A stretch of 64,000 bases of DNA from Patescibacteria group bacterium (lineage in GTDB: Bacteria > Patescibacteriota > Patescibacteriia > JAHJFT01): assembly GCA_028710985.1 (NCBI GenBank), contig JAQTTB010000001.1, positions 167,397 through 231,396 on the forward strand. Reading direction: 5' to 3'. The translations under genes were made by a program, and so were the position numbers. This document shows, in pieces, positions 17,487 through 27,760 of this stretch; position 1 is the stretch's first letter; each line of letters begins with the position of its first letter. The notes under the pieces were generated by a model. It was given only the letters and a program-made list of their open reading frames with translations, ran no database searches and was not told the DNA's origin.

Positions 17487-19002
17487 AATATACCCAAATC
17501 AGAAGCCAGACGTACATGGCGATCAAAAATATGACGTGAAAAGCCGGCACTTGGACCTGTGCCCATGGAATACTCGCCAGAATCTCCGCGGCCTTGAGCA
17601 TGTAAGTAAGCGTGAGCCACGGCAATGTGGAAAAAATCACCGCGATCCACGGCGCGACGAAGCCGATGAGCACCGCGGCAAATCCAAGCGCCATGGTAAT
17701 GGGCACGGCCGGAAGAATCAGGAGATTCGCCACCGGCGCGATGAGCGAAAACCGGCTGAACTGAAAAATAATGAGCGGTGCGGTCGCGACAATCGCCGCG
17801 ATCGTGGAAGTAAGCGACTCCTGGAGTCCCAAAATTTTCGGCACGCGACTAAACCACGGTTCAAGAAGCGGCGCGAGATACACGAGTCCCACGGTTGAAA
17901 TAAATGAAAGCTGGAACCCGGCGTCAAACATGAGAACGCGCGGATTTACAGCGCACATGAGCCCTGCTGTGAGTGCAAGCACGTTAAAAATTCTTGACGC
18001 CCGTCCGGACTGTTTGGCCGCGAGCACGAGAACGCCCATAATACCGGCGCGCACCACCGAAGCCGAGGCGCCTGTAAATATCACGAAAATAATTATTGCC
18101 CCGACTATCCAGGGAAACGCCTTGCGCCGCGAAAATCCCAGTCCGAATGCCATCGCGAGAAGCACGGACGCCACGATGGTTATGTTATACCCGGAAATCG
18201 CCACAATGTGCGATACGCCGGTCGCCTGAAAATTATTCTTTACGTCATCCGGCAAACCGCTTCGCGCTCCATAAAGTATTCCGGCAAGCAGGCTTGCCTG
18301 CGGTTCGGAAAAAATCCGGTTCGTCATTTCGGCGAATTTGCTTTTCACGAAAAGCAAGCCGGATAAAACCGGATTGCCGCTCCCGGAAGAAACAAGTTTG
18401 ATTTCCGCGCGCGGATAACAAAGCGCAAATATACCGTCTTTGCCCAAATACTCGTCATAGCGGAAATCCTCAATCGCCTCCGGTTTTCTGATCTCGCACG
18501 CCGTTTCAATGATATCACCATATTTAAACTCCGGAAAAAGCCCGGCCGAAACCAACACGCGGCCGCCAACGCTCCGATCCTCGGGAGAAATTATTCTTTG
18601 CGCCGCGACCGTGTATTTAATGCCGTCAATCCGCGCGTCCGGTTCAGCCGCAACAACGCCCTGCCAGGTTATATATTCATCATAATGCCCCTGGATTTTA
18701 TCCGCCCGGAAATCCGGCAGGCTCGCGGAAAATCGCCACGCGCCCAAAATAACGAATAAAGCCGAAAAACAGATCAATCTAACTCGTTTATTTTTCCAAA
18801 AAACGCTCAAAAAAAATATGGCGGCCGCACCCGCGCTCGCCGGCAGCCACCATTCAAAATTTCTTTGAGCGATCGATTCCGCCGCAATGCCGACGATGAA
18901 CGCAAAACAGCAGATTAAAAATATTTTTGATTTTGAGTGAGCTATTACGGTGAGACTATTCCTCATATTGAGCGTGGATTCCCGCTTTCGCGGGAATGAC
19001 AA
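17467..19002 (-). CDS. comEC: ComEC/Rec2 family competence membrane-channel domain protein
   Basis: Polytopic membrane protein with the ComEC 'competence' domain pattern (many TM helices, ...GVSHIVAISGYNITIV...). The first codons derive from a palindromic repeat (MSFPRKRES), so the true start is probably MRNSLTV (~18966). Confidence 0.7.
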   Translation of the reverse strand: MSFPRKRESTLNMRNSLTVIAHSKSKIFLICCFAFIVGIAAESIAQRNFEWWLPASAGAAAIFFLSVFWKNKRVRLICFSALFVILGAWRFSASLPDFRADKIQGHYDEYITWQGVVAAEPDARIDGIKYTVAAQRIISPEDRSVGGRVLVSAGLFPEFKYGDIIETACEIRKPEAIEDFRYDEYLGKDGIFALCYPRAEIKLVSSGSGNPVLSGLLFVKSKFAEMTNRIFSEPQASLLAGILYGARSGLPDDVKNNFQATGVSHIVAISGYNITIVASVLLAMAFGLGFSRRKAFPWIVGAIIIFVIFTGASASVVRAGIMGVLVLAAKQSGRASRIFNVLALTAGLMCAVNPRVLMFDAGFQLSFISTVGLVYLAPLLEPWFSRVPKILGLQESLTSTIAAIVATAPLIIFQFSRFSLIAPVANLLILPAVPITMALGFAAVLIGFVAPWIAVIFSTLPWLTLTYMLKAAEILASIPWAQVQVPAFHVIFLIAMYVWLLIWVYCGNKRL

Positions 19003-19048
19003 TTGTAAGGTTTTCGTTTTTGCGTCATTCCCGCGCAGGCGGGAATCC
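18976..19048. repeat. Inverted pair of hairpin repeat family C (GGATTCCCGCTTTCGCGGGAATGAC ... GTCATTCCCGCGCAGGCGGGAATCC)
   Basis: Two ~25 bp hairpins in opposite orientation separated by 23 nt, located between the comEC start and the methyltransferase stop. Confidence 0.8.
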
Positions 19049-19630
19049 AGTAGCTTCTATTGGTTTTTGAAGCAAAAATTCCAGAATTTCATGTTTATGC
19101 AATTGCGGTAATTTATCTTCGCGCGTGAACTGTCGTTTTTCAATAACTTTGAATTTCTCGACAAGTTTTAAAATATCATTTTCATCGCCGGAATAATCAA
19201 CATTGCCTTTTTCGTCAGTAATCGAAAGATTAAAATGAATGAACAGATATCCGCCGAGGGTCAAAGCACGATAAATCCCGGCGAGCGCTTTTTCCGCATT
19301 AAGATAATGAATAATATTAATCATAAAAAATGCCGAAACCTCCTCGTCGCCGAATTCCAAATTTTCCGCGTCCTGCTGGTCAAAGCGGCAATCTCGGCAA
19401 TTGGCCTGCGCCGCTTCAATCTCATCCTGTGAAATATCAATGCCGAGCGCGTCAAATCCACTTTTCTTAAAAACAATGACATCACGGCCCCGACCGCAAC
19501 CGATGTCCACGACCAAGCCGTGAAAATTATTATTTTTCAAAAAGTCCGCGAACCTTTCCGCGTACTCGGTCGGATGCGCGTCCCAATGCTTGCCTTTTTT
19601 ATATTTTTCAAACAATTCCACGGCTCGCAT
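19025..19630 (-). CDS. Class I SAM-dependent methyltransferase
   Basis: VVDIGCGRGRD is SAM-binding motif I. ~200 aa. Confidence 0.7.
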   Translation of the reverse strand: MRAVELFEKYKKGKHWDAHPTEYAERFADFLKNNNFHGLVVDIGCGRGRDVIVFKKSGFDALGIDISQDEIEAAQANCRDCRFDQQDAENLEFGDEEVSAFFMINIIHYLNAEKALAGIYRALTLGGYLFIHFNLSITDEKGNVDYSGDENDILKLVEKFKVIEKRQFTREDKLPQLHKHEILEFLLQKPIEATGFPPARE

Positions 19631-19634
19631 AGTT

Positions 19635-22112
19635 TCAAATCACAATATTCACGAGCTTCCCGGCCACGAAAATAATCTTCTTGGGCGCTTTGCCGTCCAA
19701 AAATTTTAAAACTTTTTCGCTCTTGAGCGCGAGATTTTTCGCTTCGTCTTCCGTGATGCCAGCCAGAACCTTTATTCTGTCGCGGATTTTGCCGTTCACC
19801 TGAATAACAAGCTCGATTTCTTTGAACTCAATAAATTCGGGATTATAGCCCGGCCAATCGGATTCGAAAATCGAAGTCTTGTGCCCGATCCGCGACCAGA
19901 GTTCTTCGCAAATATGCGGCGCAAACGGCGCGAGTAGCTTCAGGAAATCCTGCGTGTCGTCGCGATCAAGCAGATACCAGGCTTCGTCTTCCTCTTTTGC
20001 TTCCCCGGCCGCGGCCGTCACCTTGTTCAAAAACGACATCAGGCTCGCCACCGCGGTGTTGAAGCCCATCTCGTCAATGTCCTCGGTTACTTTTTTCACG
20101 GTCCGGTGCAGTTCGCGCACGAGCTCGTCCTCGCCGGCGTGCAACGGCTTCTCCCCGCGCTTTTCGTAAAATTTTATCATCTCAATCTGGTGCGAAAAAA
20201 TATTCCAGACCTTGTTCAAAAAACGATTCGCGCCTTCCACGCCCTTTGTATCCCAGGCCACCGGCTGATCAAACGGCCCCATGAACATTTCATACAGCCG
20301 GAAAACATCGGCGCCGTATTTTTTTACCATTTCGTCCGGATTCACCACGTTGCCGCGCGATTTGCTCATCTTCTCCCCGCCCTCGGCTAAGATAAGGCCG
20401 TGCGAAGTTCTTTTGCGGTACGGTTCGTCGGTCGGGACCAATCCTTCATCATACAAAAATTTATTCCAGAACCGCGAATACAAAAGATGCAGAGTCGTAT
20501 GCTCCATGCCGCCGTTGTACCAGTCCACCGGCATCCAGTATTTTAATTTTTCCATGTCCGCGAAAGCTTTATCGTTTTTGGGATCGCAATACCGGAGAAA
20601 ATACCATGAGCTTCCGGCCCAGTTCGGCATGGTGTCGGTCTCGCGCCGCGCCTCTCCGCCGCACTTCGGGCATTTTGTTCTGACCCAGTCCGTAATTGCC
20701 GCGAGCGGCGACTCGCCCGTATCGGTGGGCTGATATTTTTTCACTTCCGGCAAGAGAACCGGCAAATCCTTTTCAGCGACCGGCACAAAACCGCATTTGG
20801 GACAATTTACGATCGGAATCGGCTCTCCCCAGTATCTTTGCCGCGAAAAAACCCAGTCGCGCAGTTTATAATTAATTTCGCGCGAGCCCAAATCACGCTC
20901 TTCCAGATATTGCAACATGTCCCGAATCGCTTGAGGCACGATTTTCCCGTTTAAAAATCCGGAATTCACCATAATTCCGTCGCCCGTAAATGCCTCTTTT
21001 TTTATATCTCCGCCCTGCACCACTTCACGGATTGGCAGTCCGTATTTTTTGGCAAACTCCCAGTCGCGCTGATCGTGCGCCGGCACGGCCATGATCGCGC
21101 CGGTGCCGTAGCCCGGCAAAACATAATCCGCGACATATATCGGAATCTCTTCATTGTTCACCGGATTAACTGCCATAACTCCCTCAAGCCTGACGCCGGT
21201 TTTTTCCTTGTTTAGATCCGACCGTTCCAAATCGCTTTTTCGCTTTGCTTTTTCCACATATTCTCTAATCTCTTCCTGATTCCTAATTCCTAATTCCCGA
21301 TTCCTAAGAATCTCATGCTCCGGCGCCACAACCATATAAGTCGCCCCAAATAAAGTATCCGGTCTCGTCGTAAAGACCCTGATTCCTGATTCCTGATTCC
21401 TGATTCCAAACTCAACCTCCGCTCCCTCGCTCCGGCCGATCCAATCAGTCTGTTGTTTGGAAATGCGCTCCCAAAAATCAACATCATCAAGCCCGGAAAG
21501 CAGCCGCTCCGCGTATTCCGTGATCTTCAGCATCCACTGTTCTTTTTCGCGCTTCTCTACCTGGCCGCCGCAACGCTCGCACTCCCCGTTCACCACCTCT
21601 TCGTTCGCGAGCCCGATCTTGCATGATGGGCACCAATTAATCGGCATCTTGGCCTTGTACGCCAGGCCTTTTTCAAAAAATTTCAAAAACATCCATTGCG
21701 TCCATTTGTAATATTTCGGATCCGTGGTATTCACCTCGCGCGACCAGTCAAACGCAAGCCCGAGCGACTTGAGCTGCCGCTTGAAATTCGCGATATTTTT
21801 TTCCGTGGCCGCTCTCGGATGAATGCCGGTTTTGATCGCGTAATTTTCGGTTGGCAGACCGAACGCGTCCCAGCCGATCGGGTAAAGTACGTTAAAACCC
21901 TGCATCCGGCGTTTGCGCGCGATAATGTCGAGCGCCGTGTAGCTTCGCGGATGCCCGACATGCAATCCCTCGCCCGAGGGATAAGGAAATTCAATGAGAC
22001 AATAATATTTCGGCTTGTCCGAAAAATCTTTGGCCGCAAAAATTTTATTTTTTTCCCAAAACTTCTGCCACTTTTCTTCAATTTTTTTAAAAATATATTT
22101 GTCCATAATCAT
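19635..22112 (-). CDS. leuS: Leucyl-tRNA synthetase
   Basis: Contains the HVGHPRSYT class I HIGH motif and the KMSKSRGN KMSKS motif, plus the editing-domain signature VFTTRPDTLFGATYMVVAPEH. It carries in-frame heptad-repeat-derived insertions encoding GIRNQESGIR and LGIRNQEEIR. Confidence 0.95.
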   Translation of the reverse strand: MIMDKYIFKKIEEKWQKFWEKNKIFAAKDFSDKPKYYCLIEFPYPSGEGLHVGHPRSYTALDIIARKRRMQGFNVLYPIGWDAFGLPTENYAIKTGIHPRAATEKNIANFKRQLKSLGLAFDWSREVNTTDPKYYKWTQWMFLKFFEKGLAYKAKMPINWCPSCKIGLANEEVVNGECERCGGQVEKREKEQWMLKITEYAERLLSGLDDVDFWERISKQQTDWIGRSEGAEVEFGIRNQESGIRVFTTRPDTLFGATYMVVAPEHEILRNRELGIRNQEEIREYVEKAKRKSDLERSDLNKEKTGVRLEGVMAVNPVNNEEIPIYVADYVLPGYGTGAIMAVPAHDQRDWEFAKKYGLPIREVVQGGDIKKEAFTGDGIMVNSGFLNGKIVPQAIRDMLQYLEERDLGSREINYKLRDWVFSRQRYWGEPIPIVNCPKCGFVPVAEKDLPVLLPEVKKYQPTDTGESPLAAITDWVRTKCPKCGGEARRETDTMPNWAGSSWYFLRYCDPKNDKAFADMEKLKYWMPVDWYNGGMEHTTLHLLYSRFWNKFLYDEGLVPTDEPYRKRTSHGLILAEGGEKMSKSRGNVVNPDEMVKKYGADVFRLYEMFMGPFDQPVAWDTKGVEGANRFLNKVWNIFSHQIEMIKFYEKRGEKPLHAGEDELVRELHRTVKKVTEDIDEMGFNTAVASLMSFLNKVTAAAGEAKEEDEAWYLLDRDDTQDFLKLLAPFAPHICEELWSRIGHKTSIFESDWPGYNPEFIEFKEIELVIQVNGKIRDRIKVLAGITEDEAKNLALKSEKVLKFLDGKAPKKIIFVAGKLVNIVI
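21273..21407. repeat. Heptanucleotide tandem repeats (ATTCCTR)n at 21273..21308 and 21379..21407 inside the leuS coding sequence
   Basis: ttcctgattcctaattcctaattcccgattcctaag and ctgattcctgattcctgattcctgattcc. The same unit occurs intergenically at 41799..41887. Confidence 0.85.
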
Positions 22113-23020
22113 TTTTTCAGCGCAACGACGATAACCGTGGCATCGTCGTAATTAATACCATCTTTGATAGTCGCTTCCATCAATTTTTTCTGTGCCTCCT
22201 GTGCGTTCGCCGAGGTGTCCAAAATACTCTGCACTTTTTTGAGCACAACATCATCCCAAAGCCCGTCGCTCGCAATGACAAAAAACTTATCATCATCCGT
22301 AATTTCAAACTTGAATACCGCCGGCTCATGGCTCACTACATCGCCGAGACTGCTGTCGCCCAATACCCGCGACAATTTTAATCCGGTTCCGCCTGGTTTA
22401 TGAATATAACCGTTTGCGTAAACTCCGCCGCGTCCAACCGCCTCTTGTCGCGCCGCAATATTGTTCCCCACGTTGTGATTCACGTTCAGTTGCTCGGGTT
22501 GACCGGATGCGGAAAATTTATAAACATGTGAATCGCCGACGTTCGCCACCCAACCCTCGTTACCCTCAAGCAAGACGACCGAGGCCGTCGTCCCACCGGT
22601 TCCCACCGCGCAGATCTCGTCACTCGCAACCTCAAAAGCGATTCGGAACGCCTCTTCGTACGACTTGCCCTGATTAAGCTCCTTCTCAAAAATCCCCGCG
22701 ATCCATGTCTTGGCAATCCGTTGCGGAAAAATCGCCCCAGTCTCATATTCAGGCGAATAATAATGGCCATCATAAACTCCAACCCAAAGCGTATCCCGCC
22801 GGCCCATAAATCCTTCTCGTATATCAAATTCATCCTGCAGGCCCATATTGTATTTAACATGCTCCTCGCCCCTCCCCTCAATTTGGCCTCCCACAATTTC
22901 CTGCCACACGGGTTCACCTTCAATATTTTCCTTTCTCTCCAGACCTCGGCCCCACTGTGGACTTGTTGGTCGTTCACTTTTAAACATACAGATTATCAAA
23001 TTATGTGATAATCTTATCAA
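22109..23020 (-). CDS. PP2C-family Ser/Thr protein phosphatase
   Basis: VGVYDGHxxxxxxxxA...ASDGLWD are PP2C motifs. The N-terminal ~50 aa of the track ORF may be upstream read-through; the likely start is MGLQDEF (~22849) or MGRRDTL. Confidence 0.7.
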   Translation of the reverse strand: MIRLSHNLIICMFKSERPTSPQWGRGLERKENIEGEPVWQEIVGGQIEGRGEEHVKYNMGLQDEFDIREGFMGRRDTLWVGVYDGHYYSPEYETGAIFPQRIAKTWIAGIFEKELNQGKSYEEAFRIAFEVASDEICAVGTGGTTASVVLLEGNEGWVANVGDSHVYKFSASGQPEQLNVNHNVGNNIAARQEAVGRGGVYANGYIHKPGGTGLKLSRVLGDSSLGDVVSHEPAVFKFEITDDDKFFVIASDGLWDDVVLKKVQSILDTSANAQEAQKKLMEATIKDGINYDDATVIVVALKK

Positions 23021-23060
23021 AAATTGACTTTTATTTCAAACAAAATCTTCTCATAAATTA

Positions 23061-23085
23061 AAAATCGCCTTTTTGGCGATATTTA
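23061..23085. terminator. Terminator hairpin (aaaaatcgcctttttggcgatattt)
   Basis: Downstream of the minus-strand rhodanese gene: hairpin atcgcc/ggcgat with flanking A-run and T-run. Confidence 0.55.
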
Positions 23086-23110
23086 TACCTCGTTTCCAAT
23101 ATTTTGTGCT

Positions 23111-23458
23111 CTAGCTCGCCCGTCCAAATTCCAAAGCATAGCCGGCCTCCATCCACGCGACCATTCCGCCGCTAAAAAGGCCGACTCGCGCATATCCGGC
23201 TTTTTCCAAAAAATCCGCCGCCCCCTTTGCCATGACGCAGGACTCGTTCGTGCCGTAGACGATGATTTCTGAATCCTTGTCCGGCAGGATATGCGGCAGG
23301 CTTTTCTCAAAATCCGGCCCCCAGGCGAGGCCGATCGCCTCGGGCAAATGATTATGTTCAAAATCCTCGCCCGACCGCGCGTCAATGAGATAAAAATTTT
23401 CCTCGGCGTCGAGCTTGGCTCTCAATTCATCAATTTTTATTATCTTTGCCATTGCCAT
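23111..23458 (-). CDS. Rhodanese-like domain protein
   Basis: YLIDARSGEDFEHNHLPEAI...IIVYGTNESCVMAKGAADFL has the rhodanese fold pattern with a candidate active-site Cys. Confidence 0.7.
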   Translation of the reverse strand: MAMAKIIKIDELRAKLDAEENFYLIDARSGEDFEHNHLPEAIGLAWGPDFEKSLPHILPDKDSEIIVYGTNESCVMAKGAADFLEKAGYARVGLFSGGMVAWMEAGYALEFGRAS

Positions 23459-23488
23459 TCTATTATATCACGCCTCTTGTTTCCATGA

Positions 23489-24418
23489 CTACGCCGACGT
23501 ATTAGTCAAAAACTCTTCCGCTTGAATCGCCGCCATTGCTCCGGCGCCGGCCGCAACAATCGCCTGCTTGTAATGCGGGTCTCCCACATCACCGGCCGCG
23601 AATACGCCCGGAACGCTGGTTTCCACGCCATTTTTTATCTTAATATAACCCTTGGCATCAAGCTCGAGCTGGCCCTGAAAAATTTTCGTGTTCGGATCGT
23701 GACCGATTGCCATAAAAATGCCATCGCAGACAAGATTTGAAATCTCACCGGTTTCTGTATCGCGCAGACTCGCTCCGCTTACTACTTTTTCCCCTTCTAT
23801 CTTTTCAATTTCTTTATTTAAATAAAATTCAATCCTGGATTCGGAATCTGCCCGCTTTTGCATAAAACGCGACGCGCGAAGCGCTTCCCGGCGATGAATA
23901 ATAATTACCTTCTTGGCAAAACGCGTCAGAAATATTGCTTCTTCAAGCGCCGAATCGCCGCCACCCACCACGGCCACCACTTTATCGCGATAAAAAAAGC
24001 CGTCACAGGTCGCGCATGTTGAAACCCCGCGTCCGCGGAACTTTTCTTCCCCCGGAACGCCGAGCCAGCGCGGATCGGCGCCGGTTGCGATTATAAGCGA
24101 CTTTGTCCAATATTCTTTTTTGCCAATCTGAACAATAAACGGATTCTTTTTAAAATTAACGCTTACGGCATCGCCGGCTAAAAATTTAGCGCCGAACCGT
24201 TCGGCCTGTTCGCGCATGCGGGTCACGAGCTCCGGCCCCAAAACGCCCTTGGGAAAACCTGGAAAATTTTCCACCATGGTCGTGCCCATGGGCTGTCCGC
24301 CCGGCTTCATTCCCTCCATTATAATCGGCGCGAGTCCCGCCCGACCGGCGTATATTGCGGCCGTGAGCCCGGCCGGCCCGGAACCGAGAATTATTAAATT
24401 TTTCGCTTCATCGGCCAT
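23489..24418 (-). CDS. trxB: Thioredoxin reductase
   Basis: ILGSGPAG is an FAD motif. CATCDG is the redox-active CxxC. VVGGGDSALEEA is the NADPH motif. 309 aa. Confidence 0.92.
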   Translation of the reverse strand: MADEAKNLIILGSGPAGLTAAIYAGRAGLAPIIMEGMKPGGQPMGTTMVENFPGFPKGVLGPELVTRMREQAERFGAKFLAGDAVSVNFKKNPFIVQIGKKEYWTKSLIIATGADPRWLGVPGEEKFRGRGVSTCATCDGFFYRDKVVAVVGGGDSALEEAIFLTRFAKKVIIIHRREALRASRFMQKRADSESRIEFYLNKEIEKIEGEKVVSGASLRDTETGEISNLVCDGIFMAIGHDPNTKIFQGQLELDAKGYIKIKNGVETSVPGVFAAGDVGDPHYKQAIVAAGAGAMAAIQAEEFLTNTSA

Positions 24419-24425
24419 AGAAAAA

Positions 24426-24758
24426 TTATTCCGCCGAAATTACCTGGTCAATACGCTCTTTTAAAGACGGCTTTGACTGTGAACCAACGAACTGATCGAC
24501 AATTTGACCATTTTTAAAAATTATAAATGTCGGAACGCTCATAATACCGTACTTTTGCGGCGTCACTTTATTCTCGTCAATATTCAATTTACCGACGCGG
24601 AGAGTGCTGTCATCGTAATCCTTGGCAGTCTCGCCGATAACCGGCAGCATGGTCTGGCAGGGTCCGCACCATGGCGCCCAGAAATCCACCAGAACCGGAA
24701 CCTTGGACGCGAGCACTTCTTGATCAAAATTCTTGTCATTAAGTTCGACTTCGGACAT
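24426..24758 (-). CDS. trxA: Thioredoxin
   Basis: The WAPWCGPCQ active site, 110 aa. Confidence 0.93.
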   Translation of the reverse strand: MSEVELNDKNFDQEVLASKVPVLVDFWAPWCGPCQTMLPVIGETAKDYDDSTLRVGKLNIDENKVTPQKYGIMSVPTFIIFKNGQIVDQFVGSQSKPSLKERIDQVISAE

Positions 24759-24770
24759 AGTTTGAAATAA

Positions 24771-26816
24771 TTAATTTTTAACGGATAATTTTATTTCCTT
24801 AGTTTTTGACTCTTCTTTAAAAATTTCCAGAATATCGCCGACCTCTATCTTTGTTTTTCCCGCGAGTTTGAGGCCGCATTCCTGGCCGAGCATCACGTCG
24901 TTCACTTTTTGCTTGCCGGATTGCAATTCCGTAATATCCGCTTCACCGATAAGCTCCTCGCCGCGCCAAATATTGACTTTGGCATTCGCCTCGGCCGCGC
25001 CTTCAATGACCGGCCCGCCGACAATCATGTATTTTGCCTCATGGCGGAAAATCGCCGCAACGCGCACCCGGCCAAGTTTGGTTATCACGATTTCCGGTTT
25101 CACGATCGCGTTAAGCCGGCCCTCGATATCATCAAAGAGCTCGTAAATTATTTTAAAATATTTTATTTCAACTTTTTTTTCGCGGGCCAGCTCCTCGACT
25201 GCCGCTAAGGCCTTTACGTTGAACCCGTAGATTACCGCTCCGGTCGCTTCGGCCGCAAGCACGTCGCCCTCGGTAATGTTCCCCAGCCCCTTGGCGATAA
25301 CATCGATCGCGAGCCCGGGTACGTCAACCTTCTCAATGGTGCCGAGAATCGCTTCAATCGAACCGAGCACATCCCCGCGGATGACAAAATTAAACTGCGC
25401 CTTGACCTCGCCCTCGATCGGAATCCGTTTCGTGCCGGTCATTTCGTCGATTATCCGGCGATTTGCCTTTACCTTCTTTGTTTCAAGCTCGCTTGGATTA
25501 ATTGAGACTTCCATAATATCTCCGACTGCCGGCGCCGCCTTGAATCCCAGAATTTTTACCGGCGTTCCCGGAGGAACCGCGGCCATATCCTCGCCGCGCC
25601 AGTCCCGAAGCGCGCGCACCCGGCCGTAATTTGCTCCGTGCACGCCGAGGCAGTCGCCGACCCGGAGCGTGCCGTTCTGCACCAAAACCGTTGCCACCGG
25701 CCCTTCGCCCTTGTCAACGTGCGATTCAATAATCGTGCCGATTGCCGGACCGTCGGGGTTTGCCGTAATGCGGTCTTTTTCCAGATCCGCGACCAGCAAA
25801 ACCATATCCAGAAGCTTATCGATATTAATGCCCTGCTTTGCCGATATTTCCTGCATCACGGTTTTGCCGCCCCACTCTTCGGGCAGGAGTCCGATATCGG
25901 AAAGATCTTTTTTTGTTTTTTCCACATTCGCATCCGGCTTGTCAATTTTATTCAAAGCCACAACGAGCGGAATCTTGGCCGCCTGAATGATATCAACCGC
26001 TTCTTTTGTCTGCGGCTGAACGCCGTCATCCACCGCCACGACAAGGATAGCGATATCCGCGACCTTGGCGCCGCGCGAACGCATCACCGTAAACGCCTCA
26101 TGGCCAGGAGTGTCAATGAAAGAAATGCGCCGGCCGTTGCGCTCAATCTGATAAGCGCCGATATGCTGGGTAATGCCGCCGGCCTCGCCCTCCATCACGT
26201 TTGTTTTGCGGATCGCGTCCAGAAGCCGCGTTTTTCCGTGGTCAACATGGCCCATTACCACAATTACCGGCGAACGCGGCACGGCCTTATGCTCGCGCCC
26301 GGCTTCCATTATATTCTTTATTCTCTCAAGATCTTCTTCCCCGGCGCCTTCCGCGGTCGCTTGTTCTTTCTTTACCTTGAACCCTAAATCTTCGGCCATG
26401 ATTGAAGCCGTTTCAAAATCAATCCTCTCGTTCTGCGAAGCCAGAATCCCGTTTTTCATGAGAATCTTGATGAGTTCGGTGACCGGCATCTGCATTTTGC
26501 TTGCGAGGTCGCGCACCGCGACAAGCGGCGGCAATTCTATCTCCCCGGCTTCTTCTACCGCGGTCTCGTCCTGGTGCGCCATTATTTCTTCGCGCTCCTT
26601 AAGATGCTCCTGGGCACGCAATTTGCGCTGATATTCGGCCCATTTCTGCACAATCCGTTCGGCCTGCGCCGGATCAACCTTGATTGCTTTTTTGCCAATA
26701 TCAATTCCCAGCTCCGGAAGTTTTTCCAAAAGCTCTTTGGCGGAAACGTTCAATTGTCGGGCGATCTCGGTAACGTTCATAAAATAAATTAGAGCGTATT
26801 GCTCTTGTAGGCACAT
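24771..26816 (-). CDS. infB: Translation initiation factor IF-2
   Basis: GTPase motifs [13 protein letters not shown] and NKID, then the IF-2 C-terminal domains. The start is likely [10 protein letters not shown] (~26780). Confidence 0.95.
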   Translation of the reverse strand: MCLQEQYALIYFMNVTEIARQLNVSAKELLEKLPELGIDIGKKAIKVDPAQAERIVQKWAEYQRKLRAQEHLKEREEIMAHQDETAVEEAGEIELPPLVAVRDLASKMQMPVTELIKILMKNGILASQNERIDFETASIMAEDLGFKVKKEQATAEGAGEEDLERIKNIMEAGREHKAVPRSPVIVVMGHVDHGKTRLLDAIRKTNVMEGEAGGITQHIGAYQIERNGRRISFIDTPGHEAFTVMRSRGAKVADIAILVVAVDDGVQPQTKEAVDIIQAAKIPLVVALNKIDKPDANVEKTKKDLSDIGLLPEEWGGKTVMQEISAKQGINIDKLLDMVLLVADLEKDRITANPDGPAIGTIIESHVDKGEGPVATVLVQNGTLRVGDCLGVHGANYGRVRALRDWRGEDMAAVPPGTPVKILGFKAAPAVGDIMEVSINPSELETKKVKANRRIIDEMTGTKRIPIEGEVKAQFNFVIRGDVLGSIEAILGTIEKVDVPGLAIDVIAKGLGNITEGDVLAAEATGAVIYGFNVKALAAVEELAREKKVEIKYFKIIYELFDDIEGRLNAIVKPEIVITKLGRVRVAAIFRHEAKYMIVGGPVIEGAAEANAKVNIWRGEELIGEADITELQSGKQKVNDVMLGQECGLKLAGKTKIEVGDILEIFKEESKTKEIKLSVKN

Positions 26817-26924
26817 TTTATAGTATTTTCAAGGGTTGGTCAACAAGGCGGAGATTGGAGAACTAGTGAATCAGTTAATCGGTGAATCGGAAAAATAATA
26901 CAGTAGGCGCTGAATTGCCATTCG

Positions 26925-26964
26925 CCCCGTCCTTAAAAAAAATCCCCGCATCCATCGAGAGACA
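26925..26964 (-). terminator. Rho-independent terminator for the 27023..27640 gene (ccccgcatc...gatgcggg + T-run on the minus strand)
   Basis: Reverse-strand reading gives ttcccgcatctgtctctcgatggatgcgggg followed by T8. Confidence 0.65.
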
Positions 26965-27022
26965 GATGCGGGAAGTGAGATTTCTCGTTCAAGCACAGTC
27001 GCGGCGGATTCACGAATCGCCG

Positions 27023-27640
27023 TTACTTGCGTCGAAGAAAAACCCAGCGGTAGCCAGCGCCACAGCGATGGCCAGGGTTGTCGTAGTCCGTGCCGAGCCA
27101 GCAACCGTCGTCGTCATCATGTCCAACATTGAACACCCTGATATCGCCATCCGAATCGGTAATGGGCTCCATGGCGATTAAGCGCCGCTCGCCCATGGGC
27201 TGGTCCGGGTACTGGAGCCGAAGCTGGGGGCCGACCTCGGCCGGGCAGAGCGCGAGGCCGCGCTCCTTGGCGCGTTTGTTGATTTCGGTCCAGGTCGCAC
27301 CCTCCGGGAAACCGAGCTCGGCTACCGAAGCGGCCACGAGGTCAACCTCGGTCTCTTCGATTGCCGCCGTAAAAGCGGGCTTATTCATAATGTCGCGCGC
27401 CCTGGAGCCGACGCGGACTCTGGCGGCCGCAAGAGCCTGGCAGAAGTCGTCCGCCGTCTTGAGGCCCGTGCCGAGCTTGATCGTTTTCCAGACCGGGAAA
27501 TCGACCGGCCACGGATTCTCCTTGCGGAGGAACCGCTTGAGCGCCGCGAGCCAGGTTTCTCCTTCTTTGCCGGCCAGCTTATCGTTAAGATCGTTTAATG
27601 ATCCGCGCGCTTCGTGGAGCGTGAGCCGAGTGTCATCCAT
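27023..27640 (-). CDS. GC-rich (about 62% GC) hypothetical protein, 205 aa
   Basis: ORF with GC3-rich codon usage unlike its neighbours, with its own terminator. No recognizable motif. Confidence 0.5.
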   Translation of the reverse strand: MDDTRLTLHEARGSLNDLNDKLAGKEGETWLAALKRFLRKENPWPVDFPVWKTIKLGTGLKTADDFCQALAAARVRVGSRARDIMNKPAFTAAIEETEVDLVAASVAELGFPEGATWTEINKRAKERGLALCPAEVGPQLRLQYPDQPMGERRLIAMEPITDSDGDIRVFNVGHDDDDGCWLGTDYDNPGHRCGAGYRWVFLRRK

Positions 27641-27760
27641 AACAGTCAGTCCTTTGCTCTTGGGTTGATATTACGCTAGAGGGCAGCCCAATGGCCGTCA
27701 TAGCGTCGTTGTATTAAAGCACGGAACCGCCCAACCGTCAACCCGCATTCCTTTATCGCT

